Positions 25,112 through 38,800 of a stretch of 64,000 nucleotides of DNA are shown here, in pieces; the stretch's first letter is position 1; each line of letters begins with the position of its first letter. Below the pieces are notes generated by a model, which did no database searches, had not been told where the DNA came from, and saw only the letters and a list, made by a program, of their open reading frames with translations. The DNA comes from Owenia fusiformis (taxonomy: Eukaryota), in contig CAIIXF020000001.1 of the NCBI GenBank assembly GCA_903813345.2, positions 34,968,001 through 35,032,000 of the forward strand, given 5' to 3'. The translations under genes were made by a program, and so were the position numbers.

Positions 25112-27700
25112 TTACAGGTTATTGGATATGAATTTCATTATGTCAGTCATGTTTGTTTTGTAAGACATGATGTGGAGAAATTGCTGTTCATCTGTCATGG
25201 AATAAAATGTTGAACATGATTTAGATATTTTTTCGAATAAAATGTTCCTTGTTACAGAATATTTGTTACATTTCATGACAAAATGAAATTCATCTTTAAT
25301 AGGTTTGTCAGAGTTGTTGCATTTAGTACAGTGACGATTTTCAAATTTGACATGTTTACGACGTCCTTTTTCCACCTCAAGATAATGGTCACTTATACGA
25401 AGCTTTGTGAATTTTACTCTACTATATACATTTTGTGTTGAAGTTAAGTATTTTTCTAAAGTCAGTTCTGGTTTAAATTTAACATAAGTCCTTAGTTTGT
25501 TATTAAATCGTGGATTTTGACTAGATGAAGATTTTGATTTCCATTGTGATTTGATCTTTAATGATAACTTTTGCTCCACCAGTTTTATGAAATAATATTA
25601 ATATTATCAATATTATCAATATTATCAAGGATATGTTTAATGTGAGTTTACCATTTACTCTTTGACTTTGTGTGAAGAAACACCTTTTTGACTAATCTCT
25701 CATCTGATAAAGTTTGAATATGAGCCCAATATTTTAACATGCTGAGTTGAATAAAGTATGACATAGGTAATCTTCCCAGTTCACCTAGAATAGCTAAGTT
25801 GCTACATGTTCTCGAGACTCCAAGGATCCATCGGCTACATTTTAGATTGATTATTTCAGTTTTTATCCCATCGAACGAAGTTCGGAGGGATATAGGGAAC
25901 GCCTCCGTCCGTCCATCCGTCCGTCCGTACGTACGTCTGTACGTACGTCCGTCCGTCTGTCCGTCCGTCTGTCCGTCCGTCCGTCTGTCCGCCCGTCCGT
26001 CCGGGCAATAACTCAAATACGGTGGGCCAGATTTTGTTCATATTTTGTACACATATACCCTATGGGGTTAGAAGTTCTGCTCGAAAGCCGATTTTCAAAA
26101 TGGCCGCTCATTTCAAAATGGCGGCCATTTTAGTGACGATTTTACAGTAATTTAGGTGCAATATGTAAAACTGTAATAGCAATATGTTTTAAATGTAAAA
26201 AAATTATAAAGGATGTTAATAATGCTACAAATGTAGATATTAAAGAAGCACATGGCAGCCATCTTGAAAAAATGGCGGCCTTTACTCGTCATTTTACGAT
26301 TTTTGCTGTAACTCAAAAAGTAGTGGAGCGATTTTGTTCATATTTGGTATGTGGATACTATAAGCATTGCACACTGTCCAAAGACACTTTTGGTAGAAGG
26401 CGGCCATTTTTCAAAATGGCCGCCATTTTAACGTATTTTACTATAACTCGAAAAGTAGGGGAGCGATTTTGTTCATATTTGGTATGTGAATACTATAAGC
26501 ATGGCACACTGTCCTATGACACTTTTGGTAGAAGGTGGCCATTTTGAAAAAAAAATTGAAAAATGGCCACCATTTTAACATATTTCACTATAACTTTAAA
26601 AGCAGTGGAGCGATTTTGTTCATATTTGGTATGTGAATACTATAACCATGGCACACTGTCCTATGACACTTTTGGTAGAAGGTGGCCATTTTGAAAACAA
26701 TTTTGAAAAATGGCTGCCATTTTAACGTATTTTACTATAACTCGAAAAGTAGTGGAGCGATTTTTTCATAATTGATATGTGAATACTTTAAGCATGGCAC
26801 ATTGTCTAATAAAACTTTAGGGAGTAGTCGGCCATTTTGAAAAATGGCCATCATTTTTATGTGTGTTATTTTACAAGCATGTGTGCGATTTTTCAAAAAT
26901 TTTAGAGGTGGCTACTTAAAAGCATATTATTTCTTCTGATGACAACTTGGCTAGTGAGCAACCATTTTGAAAATGGTGGCCTTTCTGGTGTGTTGTTTTA
27001 TGATATTTGCGCTTCGTTTGTAAAAATGCCAGCCATTTCTGTTCGATGGGATTCGCTACGCTTTGGCGTTGCCGTTGTTCTGGTTTTTCCTGAAATCAAA
27101 GTTATTAAGTATGTTAAAAGATGTGCCCCAAATTTCGCTACCATAAGTAAGAATAGGTTTGATGCATGCATCAAATAGATGTAAGATTAGCTTTATTGAT
27201 TTGACATTAGCAGAATAAAGAGTGTGTTTTAGACTATTCCAAGCTTTTTGAGCTTTTAGGGCCAATTCCTGGCCAGCTAGCTTAACGCCATCTTTCGAGA
27301 ATTTCAATCCTAGGTATGTGTAAGAGTCTGTGCTCTTTAGCTTTTTGCCATTATATAGGAACTCTTTTTTGATTTCTGTACCAATTGTTATGATTTTTGA
27401 TTTTTCTACATTGATAGATAGTTTCCATTTGGAACAATAATCTTGAAGTTTTATCAGATTTCTCTGCATTTCATCATGTGATGTTGAAAAAATTACGAGA
27501 TCATCAGCATATAAGAGTGAGTTTATCATAAAATCTTTAGCTACTGAGATACCATGATGCATCCCAGAGCTTAGAGTATCGACAATATCATTGATGTAAC
27601 AATTGAATAGGATGGGAGACAGACAATTTCCTTGTTTTACTCCAATATTACATGGTAAAGAGTCTGTATGACCTTGCGAGAGTTTTATATCAAGAACCAT
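25112..27700 (-). mobile_element. 5'-truncated non-LTR retrotransposon (RTE-X-like) RT and C-terminal region, split by a family A insertion
   Basis: GVKQGNCLSPILFNCYIND, LLYADDLVI, YTYLG, PILTYGSEIWG, LAILGELGRLP, KLRTY...KLRISDHYLEVEKGR...CTKC...DEFHFVMKC. Confidence 0.92.
25863..27085 (+). mobile_element. Helentron-type element family A inserted in a T-run of the LINE
   Basis: Full head and tail; the LINE reading frame rejoins across it (NNFDFRK / TEIINLK). Confidence 0.88.
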
Positions 27701-28061
27701 GGAATTGGGGTTCTCTTTATAATCAGATCTAGCCAGTGAGATTACCCATAGGCTCCATGTTATAAAATCACAAAAAGTGAAATATATTTTTTGTGTTGGT
27801 AAGATTATATTTTCTTATTCTGGTAAAAGTTTCAGTTGGATAATTATAAGACACATAATGATAATATTAAAATTTATCAACTTAAACTGAAGAATATTCA
27901 AGTTTAAGGGACCATTCTAGCATATCTGCCAGTGCCAGGCTATGAAATCTGACTTCAATTAGTCACCTGGTAATTAAACTGGTAACCAAGAGAGTAGTAC
28001 TTTCATCTTGGTTATATTCAGATTAAATAAAAAAAATTATTTGAGTAACCTGGGTGCTTAC

Positions 28062-28316
28062 CCCTGATTTCAAATACATTACTGTATTTTTCCTAAGTTG
28101 AACTGCACTATTATTCAATGTTTTCTGCTTTTTCATCGGGAACTGTACCAAAACGCTATGGAAGAAACAGTTCCCATCATATGGTACGGTCTGCAATAAC
28201 GAAAACCCGATCTTCCTACATGATGCCAAAAAGTTGGAAAGTCGCCTCTCTCTGTAGTTCTCTTCGGACTTCGACAAGGAGAGTGATACTGCTACTGCAG
28301 AGTCGAAATCATTCAT
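28062..28316 (-). pseudogene. Orphan exon encoding the N-terminal half of an OTU cysteine protease (deubiquitinase)
   Basis: 255-nt open exon with CAG acceptor and GTAAGC donor; TVPYDGNCFFHSVLVQ...LRKNTVMYL matches the OTU DGNCxFxS...LR motif. Confidence 0.7.
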
Positions 28317-30145
28317 CTGTTAAAAACAATATCAGATCTACTATTGATTTGATATGAGCCATTCCATTTGAAAATTGTATGGATGCAATGCCCTGGATCC
28401 ACAAGAAATTTTCATCCATACCCCCAAGAATTTTGCATCCATGCCCACAGAATTCTGCTTTCATATTGTTAATATTTTTCCTTCAGTACATCAATATTGT
28501 AAACTTCGTTATGATTGTATCCAGGTTCATCTCATTCTCCCTGTAAAACATTTATCTTTCAAGTAAAATCTGACTTGATATGTTATTTCTTTGGTGTTTC
28601 TTCCTGCAAAAGCCATTTTACATCCTCTATGGCATGAATCATAATAGATTTTGTAGAATAAGTTCAATATTAATTGATCGTGCATCATCTCTTGTTTATA
28701 TAAATCTAAACAATGAAGAAAATTGTTCAAATATACATATACACCTACATGTATACAAACATGAGTGACAACAATATAGCCCCACACTAAGTTGTAGGAA
28801 CTTAAAAATGCAAATGTTTCCCTTAAAATTCTGATTTCCTCCACTGAACAAACTGAGAACCAAGTATCTCACGAATCTTGAAAAACTAAGCAAAGTATAA
28901 GCATTATGTTTGAATTTCCTTACATGTTCTTTATGAACTCCTCTATCTCTTCTTCAAGTGAATATGGAACTCCATCTGAGACTTTATCTGGAACATCTTT
29001 TTTGACATCCTCTTTCTGAAAAGATAAATGTTGTTTGTAGTGGTTGAAACCTGATATGATATTTCTCTGGTACCAATAATAGCATAGCAATATCAACAGG
29101 TTATTTAAGTTCCGCTCCACAGCCAATCACAGATTACACCTCAGTGGTAGGCTGGTGATTACAATGCCTATGAGTATTCACATATCAAATATCAACAAAA
29201 TCGCTCCATTACTTTTCAAGTTATAGTAAAAATTGTAAAATAGCTTGTAACCAGGGAAAAAAAGTTACTACCCGTAGACCTTAAGTATCAAAATATAGCT
29301 TAGAGTATTGAGAATTAACTGCAGTTCAAATATTAGGTGAACTATTGCACCAAATCAATGATTATGAGTAAAAACAAAACCGGGAGTAAAACCGGAAGTC
29401 AAAAGAGTTACGGCACTTTCGGTTACCATATATAGTATGAATGATGGTGCCCACTATGAGAAATTGCCATGATGAAGTCCTTTCCAATTCAGCTAAGAGA
29501 TAAATCATGGCCAGTAGCCACTGAACTTTTGAAGTGTATTATTCAGTAAACCTTTGCCCTGTACGAAGCTTTAAAAGGGACATATTTTTCAAATTAAAAA
29601 AAAAATCAATTTTAATTTTTCAAATCTCAAAAAAACTTATAAAAATTCACAAAGTACTTATATAAAATCTAAAAACTTTAATAAAACACAATTTTAGTTT
29701 TGTAATATATCAAAATATTAAATGAAAAATCGATTTTTCTGTTTTAAATCTAAAAAACTTATAAAAATTCACAAAATACTTATCTAAAATCTAAAAACTT
29801 GAATGAAACAGGATTTGATTTTTGTAATTTCGAAATTCATTTTTCAATTTATTTATTTTTTATATTTATGGAAAAATACCTAGATTACTTTAAAGAAATC
29901 AAATTAGTTTACAGATTTTAAAAATAGTTTTATAAAATACGATGGGACTTTTGCAATTCAAAATATTATTTTCAAAATAATTTTCCAAAAGTATAGAACT
30001 ATAAAAATAATTTTGCAAAATAAAAAATAATTTTACAAAACTAATATTGAAAATGCATAAGTATTTTAATTTTACAAAAGTCTTCTGTAAAGGAGATTTT
30101 GTAGAATCTAGATGCGGCGTGTCATGACTTATAATCGAAGAAGAA

Positions 30146-32013
30146 ATGGAGTCAGATCGAGATGAATGTATAGCCACATACTTTGAAGACGGTTTTACGT
30201 ACAAGGAGATCGGCATGTTGTTAAAGTTCCGTCATGGAATTACACTTTCGGAGAGACAGATCAAGAGGGATTTAAAGAAGATGGGGCTCTCAAGAAAATT
30301 CGATAAAACTGCCATTGGCACAGTTGCTGACGCTATCATTCAAGAGATAGATCATGGCAGTGGGTCAGCAATGGGATACCGGAGTATGCATGGCAAAATC
30401 ACAAAAGTCCATGGGTAAGTCAATTGATTGATCAATCTCCACAATTTTACCATCGGGGAAGTATCAATGTCCTGATTCCGGAATCGAGAATAGTATCTGG
30501 TACCCCGAATCCCGATTGTAAAATTGTGGAGATTGGATTTGAAAAATCAGCCCCACATTTATGAGGTACATGTATGGGAAGGCATAGGCTGGAATGTGAT
30601 TCCGCCAATCAGATCACTTTAAGGCCAGCAACTATTCTGCCGTCAACTGAATACTTTTCTTGAAAATACCTACTGTATGCTGCCCATCAAGTCAGTTCAA
30701 CATACACCAGTACTCAATACATGTTACCTAGGTCATCTCAGTACCTGTACCTGTCGCTTAGTTTTCATTGAAGGCAAACTCAATTATTAAAAAGATGTCA
30801 TCATGACGTTTGAAACCGTTGCCACTTGTGGCATAAGTTAAAAAAGTTGTGTCGTATCTTAATCTCAGTACATGTATTTTCCCCTTTTTGGTCCTCGTCA
30901 TCTCATTTTCTGGTATATGTCACCTCAGAGTGCTGTTGTTTCATTTTCTGTTACCCATCAATTCAGTTGTTCCCGTCAACTCAGTTTTGTACCTGTCATC
31001 CCGCCCAATAAGATACTCATAAAGTTCTTTACCATTATACTGTATTTCACTATTTTATCTCCCCTTTTTCTGGCATAAAATAAAGTATGACAGCTTTTGT
31101 GAATTGCAGGCTGAAAACAGATCATGAAACAATTCGCCGTTTGCTCTCAGTTCTTGACCCAGAAGGTGTACACAAACGATCAACGAGACGCTTACAAAGG
31201 CGACAATATACATCTGAAGGGAGCAACTATATATGGCATATTGATGGCTGGGATAAACTAACTCCATATGGTTTAACTGTCCATGGATGCTTGGATGGAT
31301 TCAGTAGAAGAATATTGTGGCTCAAAGCAGGATCTTCAAATAAAAACTCTATGTTAATTTGCAAATACTTTTGCGATTGTGTTAAAAATGTAAATGGTAT
31401 TCCAAAGATTGTTCGCGCAGATCGGGGGACTGAGAATGTCAAGGTTGAACTGCTTCAAACTGTTCTACGCTCTGTAAATGATGACTGTTCATGTAAAGTT
31501 GCATTTCTGTATGGAAAATCAACTGCAAACCAGAGAATAGAAAGTTTCTGGAGTAAATTTCCAATATATGGAGCAGCAATGTGGATATCTCACTGCCGCC
31601 AGCTGTTAGATGTTGGCATTATTGACAATTCAAACATACTAGACATTGAGTGTATGAGATATTGTTACATGGATCTACTGCAAAGAGAACTTGACACAAC
31701 GCAAAGAATGTGGAATACACACCATATTCAAAAATCAAAATCTGTCAGTTCAGTTAATGGGAAACCAGATATTCTGTACTTTGCCCCTGAAGAATTTGGA
31801 CATAAGGATGTGTTGCAAAAGATTGACCAAGAAATATTTGCTCAGTTAGAATCTGACAATACTTGTGTTGTAGAAACTAACAAGGAACACTTCAAAGAAT
31901 TATTCCAAATGCTTATGGAGGAAAGTGGAAAATCAACCCCTAACACATTAGAGGAGGCAAGAGAGTTGCTGGTTTTTCTGTTAGATAAAATTAATCATGA
32001 ACTGCAACAATAA
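30146..32013 (+). CDS. DDE integrase-core transposase with N-terminal Clr5/HTH-like domain, 390 aa; exons 30146-30414 and 31110-32013
   Basis: Phase-2 GTAAGT...CAG intron joins the two ORFs in frame; WHIDGWDKL, HGCLDGFSRRILWL, RADRGTEN and NQRIESFW give a DD39E triad; no stops. Confidence 0.93.
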
Positions 32014-32485
32014 TCCATTGAATAAGCTTATTCACATCAGTAGGCTTTCAGATTTTTTGAATCAAGCCTGAAGTGTTGATGTTTTACAATTCTGTATAAT
32101 TTGGTCGTAAAGCTGTTAATTGTAATGATTTTTCAAGTGGTTGGAAGTTTTCAGGTAGTTTGTCGGTGCAAGGGTTTTTTCAAAATATCACCAAATGGCT
32201 AACTCCTACTTTGAATTGCAATTCTTTCATTTCTATGTCAGTGCATCCATCTGTTTTTTTGTTGAAAATACAAGAGGTGAGTGAGTGAACAGCCAATTTG
32301 AAATTGTTAAATGGATGTTATAAAAAATGACTTTGGGTGCATTAGACTAGTATTATGCAATGCAATTATATGAAATACTGTGTAATTAGCTGGAATTGGA
32401 CACCTTTCCTTGCATAACATGAGCTCCTCTTTCGGTGGGATAATAATCGTATTGAATATATTGATAATGTTCATTCATTTCCAGT

Positions 32486-33017
32486 TTTTATGTCACCACC
32501 AAAAGTGGTGACATATTGTTATGGTCTCGTGGTCTGTTTTTTGTTACGGCGGTTGGTGTCTGGTATCTGGTCTGTAACAAATTCTTACAACTTTCAATAA
32601 CTTTACAAATACTGTTTAGACTGACTTCAATTTTTTTCTGAAGCATCTACAAGGTCTTAGAAGTGCATATCTGACTTAAAATATGAGATTTGACCTTCAA
32701 TGACCTTCTCAAGATCAACAAAAAAAGGTCAAAAAGGTCTTTTTTCAACTTGCTTCAAATTGACAAAATTTTTTTCCAAATCATCTACAAGTTCTCAGGA
32801 ATTCAAATCTGACTTTAGATTTACGATTTGACCTTTAATGACCTTCTCAAGGTCAAAACGGTCTTTTTTACTCTGCTTCAAATTGCACAATTTTTTTTTC
32901 AAAATCATCTACAAGTTTTCTGAAGTTCAAATCAGACTTTAGATTTAAGGTTTGATGTGCTTTAAATTGACCAAATTGTTTTAGGTGGTGACATTTTGTC
33001 ATGTTAATGCCTTGTTC
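32486..33017 (+). mobile_element. Helentron-type non-autonomous element family B
   Basis: tttatgtcaccaccaaaagtggtgacat head; ggtggtgacattttgtcatgttaatgccttgtt tail; further copies on - at 39156-40112, 45117-45525, 36380-36533 and 42866-42945. Confidence 0.8.
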
Positions 33018-34079
33018 TTATTCCAGTCTATTGGGATGCACTGGAGTTTTACTTTTCCACTGTGGCCACCCTGTACAATATGCCATTATACTTGTGGGAC
33101 AAATAAAATGAAATAAAAACACTTAGCATTTTAGTATCTCATTATATTTCTCATAACTAATATTACACAGAATAAGGTATTTCTGAATTATACACACCAA
33201 GATGCACTAGGACTCAGTATTCCTTAAAAAGTAACATCATTATTTAATTCTTTGCAACTGCAAATATTGTTCTTCTTCGTTCTTTGGGATAATGAATGCA
33301 TCTTAAGAAATTTAACTTATAAACTAAAAAGTACTTGTTATTTTGATACAAGTGTCAGATACTCTAGTTTACAATTATAAATCAGAGATTTAAAGAAAAT
33401 TTGCTTCATTCTTTCTAAATATGGTATAAAAATGACATGGTATAATGATGTTTGGCATGTTCAAAATATTGGCAATATTTTACATGCTTCGAAGAGTAAT
33501 TCTTAACATGATGTAACAGCAATCAATTTACAACAGATAAACTTCAGCTTAAATTATGCACAAATCAAGTACTGAACCGATTTCTTAATTGGCAATACAA
33601 CTTACAGAAATCTCCACATTCTATCCACAATTCACACTTACATGTAAATTCACATTTTCAGCATCTAGTAGTATTACATCACACAATCCATAGCAACAAT
33701 AATCAACATCTTAAATTATTCAGGAATGTATATGATATACCTAATAACAGCTCTCATACAGTCATCAAAATTTAGTAATCAAAGTTTGTATAGAATCGTC
33801 TAATTGTTAATACTAAGTACTGTACAGGAACACTTAAAAATATCTTAAAACAAACTTTCTCAAGTACCTTTTTCATAGGCAAGCTAATGCTATAGGTATA
33901 TTGATCATGACTAAATAAATATTTTTAAAAAGCTTTCAGAATCAGACTACAAGTGGTCCCACAATGTGTTGGACATGCATCCATTTTAGCTATAAAAATA
34001 GCAATCACATTTGAGTATTCATAGTCAATAACATATGTCACAATTTTGATTGCATTTCTCTTCTTAGGAATGATAAATA

Positions 34080-34686
34080 CAGGGCGACTCAAAAAAAAAT
34101 GACACCCACCTTTCGTTGCATAACTTGTTGGTCTATGGTCATACAGACTTGTCATTTAGCACATTTAAAGAAGACATAATGTGTAAAGACCTCAAGACAT
34201 TTCAGATGTGTAGCTCAAATGGATCAAATTTTATGAGCGTTACAAGATTTGTTCCATATGACATATATGACGTACATTCCTTTGTAGGCGAACATGAATT
34301 CTACAGGCAAAGTTGTTGATTACCCTTACACATTGAGATATGGCCCTGATCTTCCTTGTAATTTCTCTCTTTAAGTCAGCTGTTTTGGGGATGTTTTGTC
34401 TCATACATATGGTCCTTTAAATACCCCGAGGTAAAAATTTGGTGGGTTAATATCAGGGGAATGGGGTGCCCACTCAATCTCAGATCTGCGGCTAATGAGA
34501 AAGTCTCCAAAGTGAGAATTTATTGTAATGCTCATAAAATTTAAACCACTTGAGCTACATATCTGAAATTTCTCGAGGTGCTTACGCATTATGTCTACTT
34601 CAAATGTGCTAAAGGACAAGTCTATATGGTAATGGACAAATAAATTATGCAGCATAAGGTGGGTGTCATTTTTTGCGTCACCCTTG
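34080..34686 (-). mobile_element. Deleted Tc1/mariner-superfamily (DD37D/maT-like) element
   Basis: TA-flanked ~170-bp TIRs cagggcgactcaaaaaaaaatgacacccacc; relic EWAPHSPDINPPNFYL resembles WPPRSPDLNPxDFF. Confidence 0.8.
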
Positions 34687-35033
34687 TACATGATGAACGT
34701 CATCCAAATATATCCTATTTTAAGAAAATACACAAATTAACAATGTTTGGTCATCAACTGTTTCAATTTTGCTGGAGTTCTAATGAGATTGTGTGAGACT
34801 GGACCCAAAGCTATCCTATTTACACTGTAGAACTACTCCATAGTCAACTTTATTAGACCACAAGAATAATATTACGTCATAGTCAGTGCTCTCTCATGTT
34901 AAATCTTTTTGACACTATGCCTGACACATATTCACTGTACCCTCCACTGTCCACTATTCACAAAACAGCCCCATTTTAATCCACTATGTTATAGAAGCGT
35001 CTGCAGTCTCCTTTGCCTTCAAACTAATCATCA

Positions 35034-35706
35034 AACTAGACAACACTGAGCAACGCCGAAGCGTAGCAAATCCCATCGAACAGCCATTTTACAAAATCCT
35101 TCTTCTTTTTCAGTTATAGCAAAAATTCATCATTTTAAAAATGGTCGCTCACTAGCCAAGAGTAATATATGTTTCTAAGTAGGCACATATACAATTTCAG
35201 CAAAATCACACACACAAACATGTAAATGGTGGCCATTTTTCAAAATGGCTGCCTACTACCTAAAGTGTCATAAAACAGTGTGCCATGCTTATGAGTATTC
35301 ACATATCAAATATGAACAAAATCGCTCCACTACTTTTGAAGTTACAGCAAAAATTGTAAAGTAGCGTGTAAAAGCCGCCATTTTTCAAGATGGCTGCCAT
35401 GTGTTTCTTAAATATCTACATTTCTTGCTTTATCAATGTCCTATATAATTTTTTTACATTTTAAACACATTGCTATTACAGTTTTATATATTGTACCTAA
35501 ATTACTGTAAAATCGGCACTAAAATGACCGCCATTTTGAAACGAGTGGCCATTTTGAAAATCGGCTTTCGAGCAGAACTTTTACTCTCAAAACAAAATCG
35601 GGCAAACGGTATTTGAGTTATCCCCCGGACAGACGGATGTACGGAAGGAAGGACGTACGGACGGAGGCGTTCCCTATATCCCTCCGAACTTCGTTCGATG
35701 GGATAA
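35034..35706 (-). mobile_element. Helentron-type element family A (reverse orientation)
   Basis: Reverse complement of the 13478 head and tail; shorter or related copies at 40828-41022 and 49805-50534. Confidence 0.82.
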
Positions 35707-35841
35707 TTAGAGAAATGAATTCTCAGATGATAGCTTTAAAATGCTAATGCTAAAGAAATCTTAAGCTTCAGGCAATGTCCACTAAAAAATGTAAATCCTG
35801 ACAGTGCGCCAGGAAACATGTACAGTATGTAGACAAGACTT

Positions 35842-38800
35842 TTAATGTTTGCCAAAGTACTTATTACTAAATGCATAATCAAATTTTGCAAATACACTAT
35901 CTTGTTTGATCCCATCATAATATGGAAGGCGGAAAGTATTTGTGCATGTAGAAGATGTTGGGATATCATCATTGTTGTCATAGAATTCAATGGTTAATCC
36001 CGGGTCGAACCCTGTTATGGGTTCCGTTTCAGAGCCTGTTATGAATTTAAGTATCATTGGGATATCAACTGGCCTGTTGCCATCTGAAAATACAAAATAT
36101 GAAAAGTGAAACACATGTTTATTTTCATTCCAAAAGAGACTTACTTGTAATTCATAAGTTACTATACTAGTAGTAGCAATATTATGTGAAAAGCAAATAA
36201 AGTAAATAATTGAGTGAGTACAGTTAACCTGTATTGATAAATAGAGGACACTTTGATAATTTTGTTTAAACGAGACCTCTTTAAAGCACTTATATTTATT
36301 CCATATACTGTAATCAGAAGATGTAAGTCAGACTTAGTGTTTTATACTTCTAATTAGCATTACTTGCGCTTGCATGTACAACAAGGCATTAACATGCAAA
36401 ATGTCACCACCTGCCATTCAGCTATTTGTGATAGACACAAACTGCCGAACACTGAACACCAACCACCGAACACCATCCACAAAAAAGTTGGAGACCATAA
36501 CAATATGTCATCACTTTGGGTGCTGACATAAAAATGAAAAATAGAAGATAATTATCAAAAATTGTTATTTACGCTGTACTTCTATTAAGTATTTGTTGAA
36601 CATTCGAAATATTTTCTCTTCTTTTATTTTACTGTTGGTTCCCGCTTCGGAAAACACAGGTTTTACGAGACTCTTCAACTTGCGCATTGTCATGACTGCC
36701 TGGGTTCCTGGGCGAAGCAGATACCGCATAACGGGCTTCTTCCTTACAAGCTAAAACAAAATGATTGAAGTACAGTTAGAGGTTTCAATGAATGCAAGTG
36801 GCAAATTAATATAACATTTGGATTTGTAAGAAAAGTTTTTATCTTATGCTACAAGTGCATGCAACCATATTGTAATATATCCTTACGATTCTCAGAAAAC
36901 CCATCTGACATTGTAATCAAAGTCTAGCTACAGATGCTGCCGTTTTAACATTTTTGAGAACAAGTTCCTGAATTATTGCACAAACACACAAATACATGTA
37001 GATGAAAAAATAGATGGATTGATGGGTACTCAAATAAATGGATTGATGGGTACTCTCTCTGAACTTTGTTGGGTTTAAATATATATTTACCTCAAGCACA
37101 CCATACATGTTCATTCCTCTTGAAAACTCTCGCTCTCCTCCATTTAGTTCTAAGCTTTCCTTATTTAAGAGTCTATCCATCTGCCCCTCTGCCAGGAAGT
37201 TGACAGGTGGTCCCTCAAAAAGCAATGCCATAGCTTAAATTAAAAAAAATATTTCATTTATTTTCTTCAAAGAAAACATTTATGACCCCTACATATTTTT
37301 AGCTTTCATTTGAATCTAATGGAAAGTACAAAGGCTACTTCATATCAAAGATCAGAGTGACGAAATGACGAAAACTATTCAACTTATTTTGAAGCGGAAG
37401 TCAATACTCTAAAACGTTTTTAGAAAAGTTTTTCCATTTAAAATGTCTTTGGAAATTTGAAAATGCCTGGTGAAAAAAATTATGTCCAGCCAAAATGTCT
37501 GACAACGGATTAGTCCTTAAGGCAAGCACTGGATGGGATAATTAACTTTAGAAGCAAAAATTAAAGAGCCCATAGGCCTAATATTAGTTTAGACAGCTAC
37601 TCACCAACAGCAACACCAGCAGCAAAATATCCTATGTGTTCTCTTTCACTAGTACTGATCCAGCACTCATTGTTGATCACATTTAGGAATGGTGAATCAT
37701 CGCCTTTGATGTACCTGCAATAATTTATCTTCGTGAATCTTCAATAAGTTTAAATAATGCATTATGTACCATTCAAATGTTTGCATGAGACACCCCACAA
37801 AAGGGTAGAAAATTATCACAGTAGCATCCAAGGAGGTGGGATACTGCCATCATACTGTTTCCTGGGAGTAGGAACTTCTGAAATGTGAATTCCTCCTGGG
37901 TATTTCATGTATTTCAACTATATTTGACCAGCTATTATTGTTACCAGGATGGGGAATTTAACTCACTTGATTGCTACATAGATGGGGAATTTGGCAGCCC
38001 ATTTTCTATTTTGTTGAAATCAAGTCTCAGTAAAACCTTTAAATATTACATTATCTAATTCTATATTACAGTATGCTCAATCCACTGTTGTTTTTCAGAA
38101 AACCCAAAACAAACAAAATAGTCTGGGAACATAACTTGTACTGGTCTCACCTCCCATATACATCTTAATCCAAGATTTTCTTGGAGGAACATTCATACAT
38201 ACAGCTTTTTGTTTGACCAATTTTATATCTGCATTGAAACTGAATGAAAATCAGATATCATAAAAAATATTATACAGTAGCAAAAAGAAACAAGACACTA
38301 GGAAAACAATACTGCACTCTTGAATAGAATAGACAGTTTTTGGAATGAAAAGTCCAAAATGGCTATATTAACATTTACTCAGAATGACCAAAAACTAATC
38401 ATTACTAGACTTTCAATAAATAATTGAGCTAAAAAATTTAGGTCAAATGGTTTGGCTTGAAACATACAGACAAGACTTTTCAGACGAGATTTTAAGAATG
38501 AAAATCCAACCCCTTATGAAAAATCTTGCAAAGGTTACAATATTAATTCCTTCATAATATTTTCACTTGCTCCAAGTTACACATACATTATATCTATTGA
38601 GAGAATATTACCTTATTAAATCTGTAAGAAGTTCTCGACGTGGCCCACCAAGATCTTTGGCATTTTCACCATCGTACATCACCTCTATTCTCTGCCTAAA
38701 GTGTGTAGGAGGCCATGTTCGCACTTGCTCATCAAAATCATCAAAAATGATTTTCCCATCATCTCCAGTCAATCTAGTCACACATATTAGAGCATCTGTC

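Noticed and set aside
30443..30540. Hairpin in the transposase intron (aatctccacaattttac...gtaaaattgtggagatt)
   Set aside because: Looks like another small hairpin-repeat remnant; no evidence of a regulatory role
32030..32255. Exon-like minus-strand segment after the transposase stop (possible third gene)
   Set aside because: Stops interrupt the frames examined and no recognisable domain was seen
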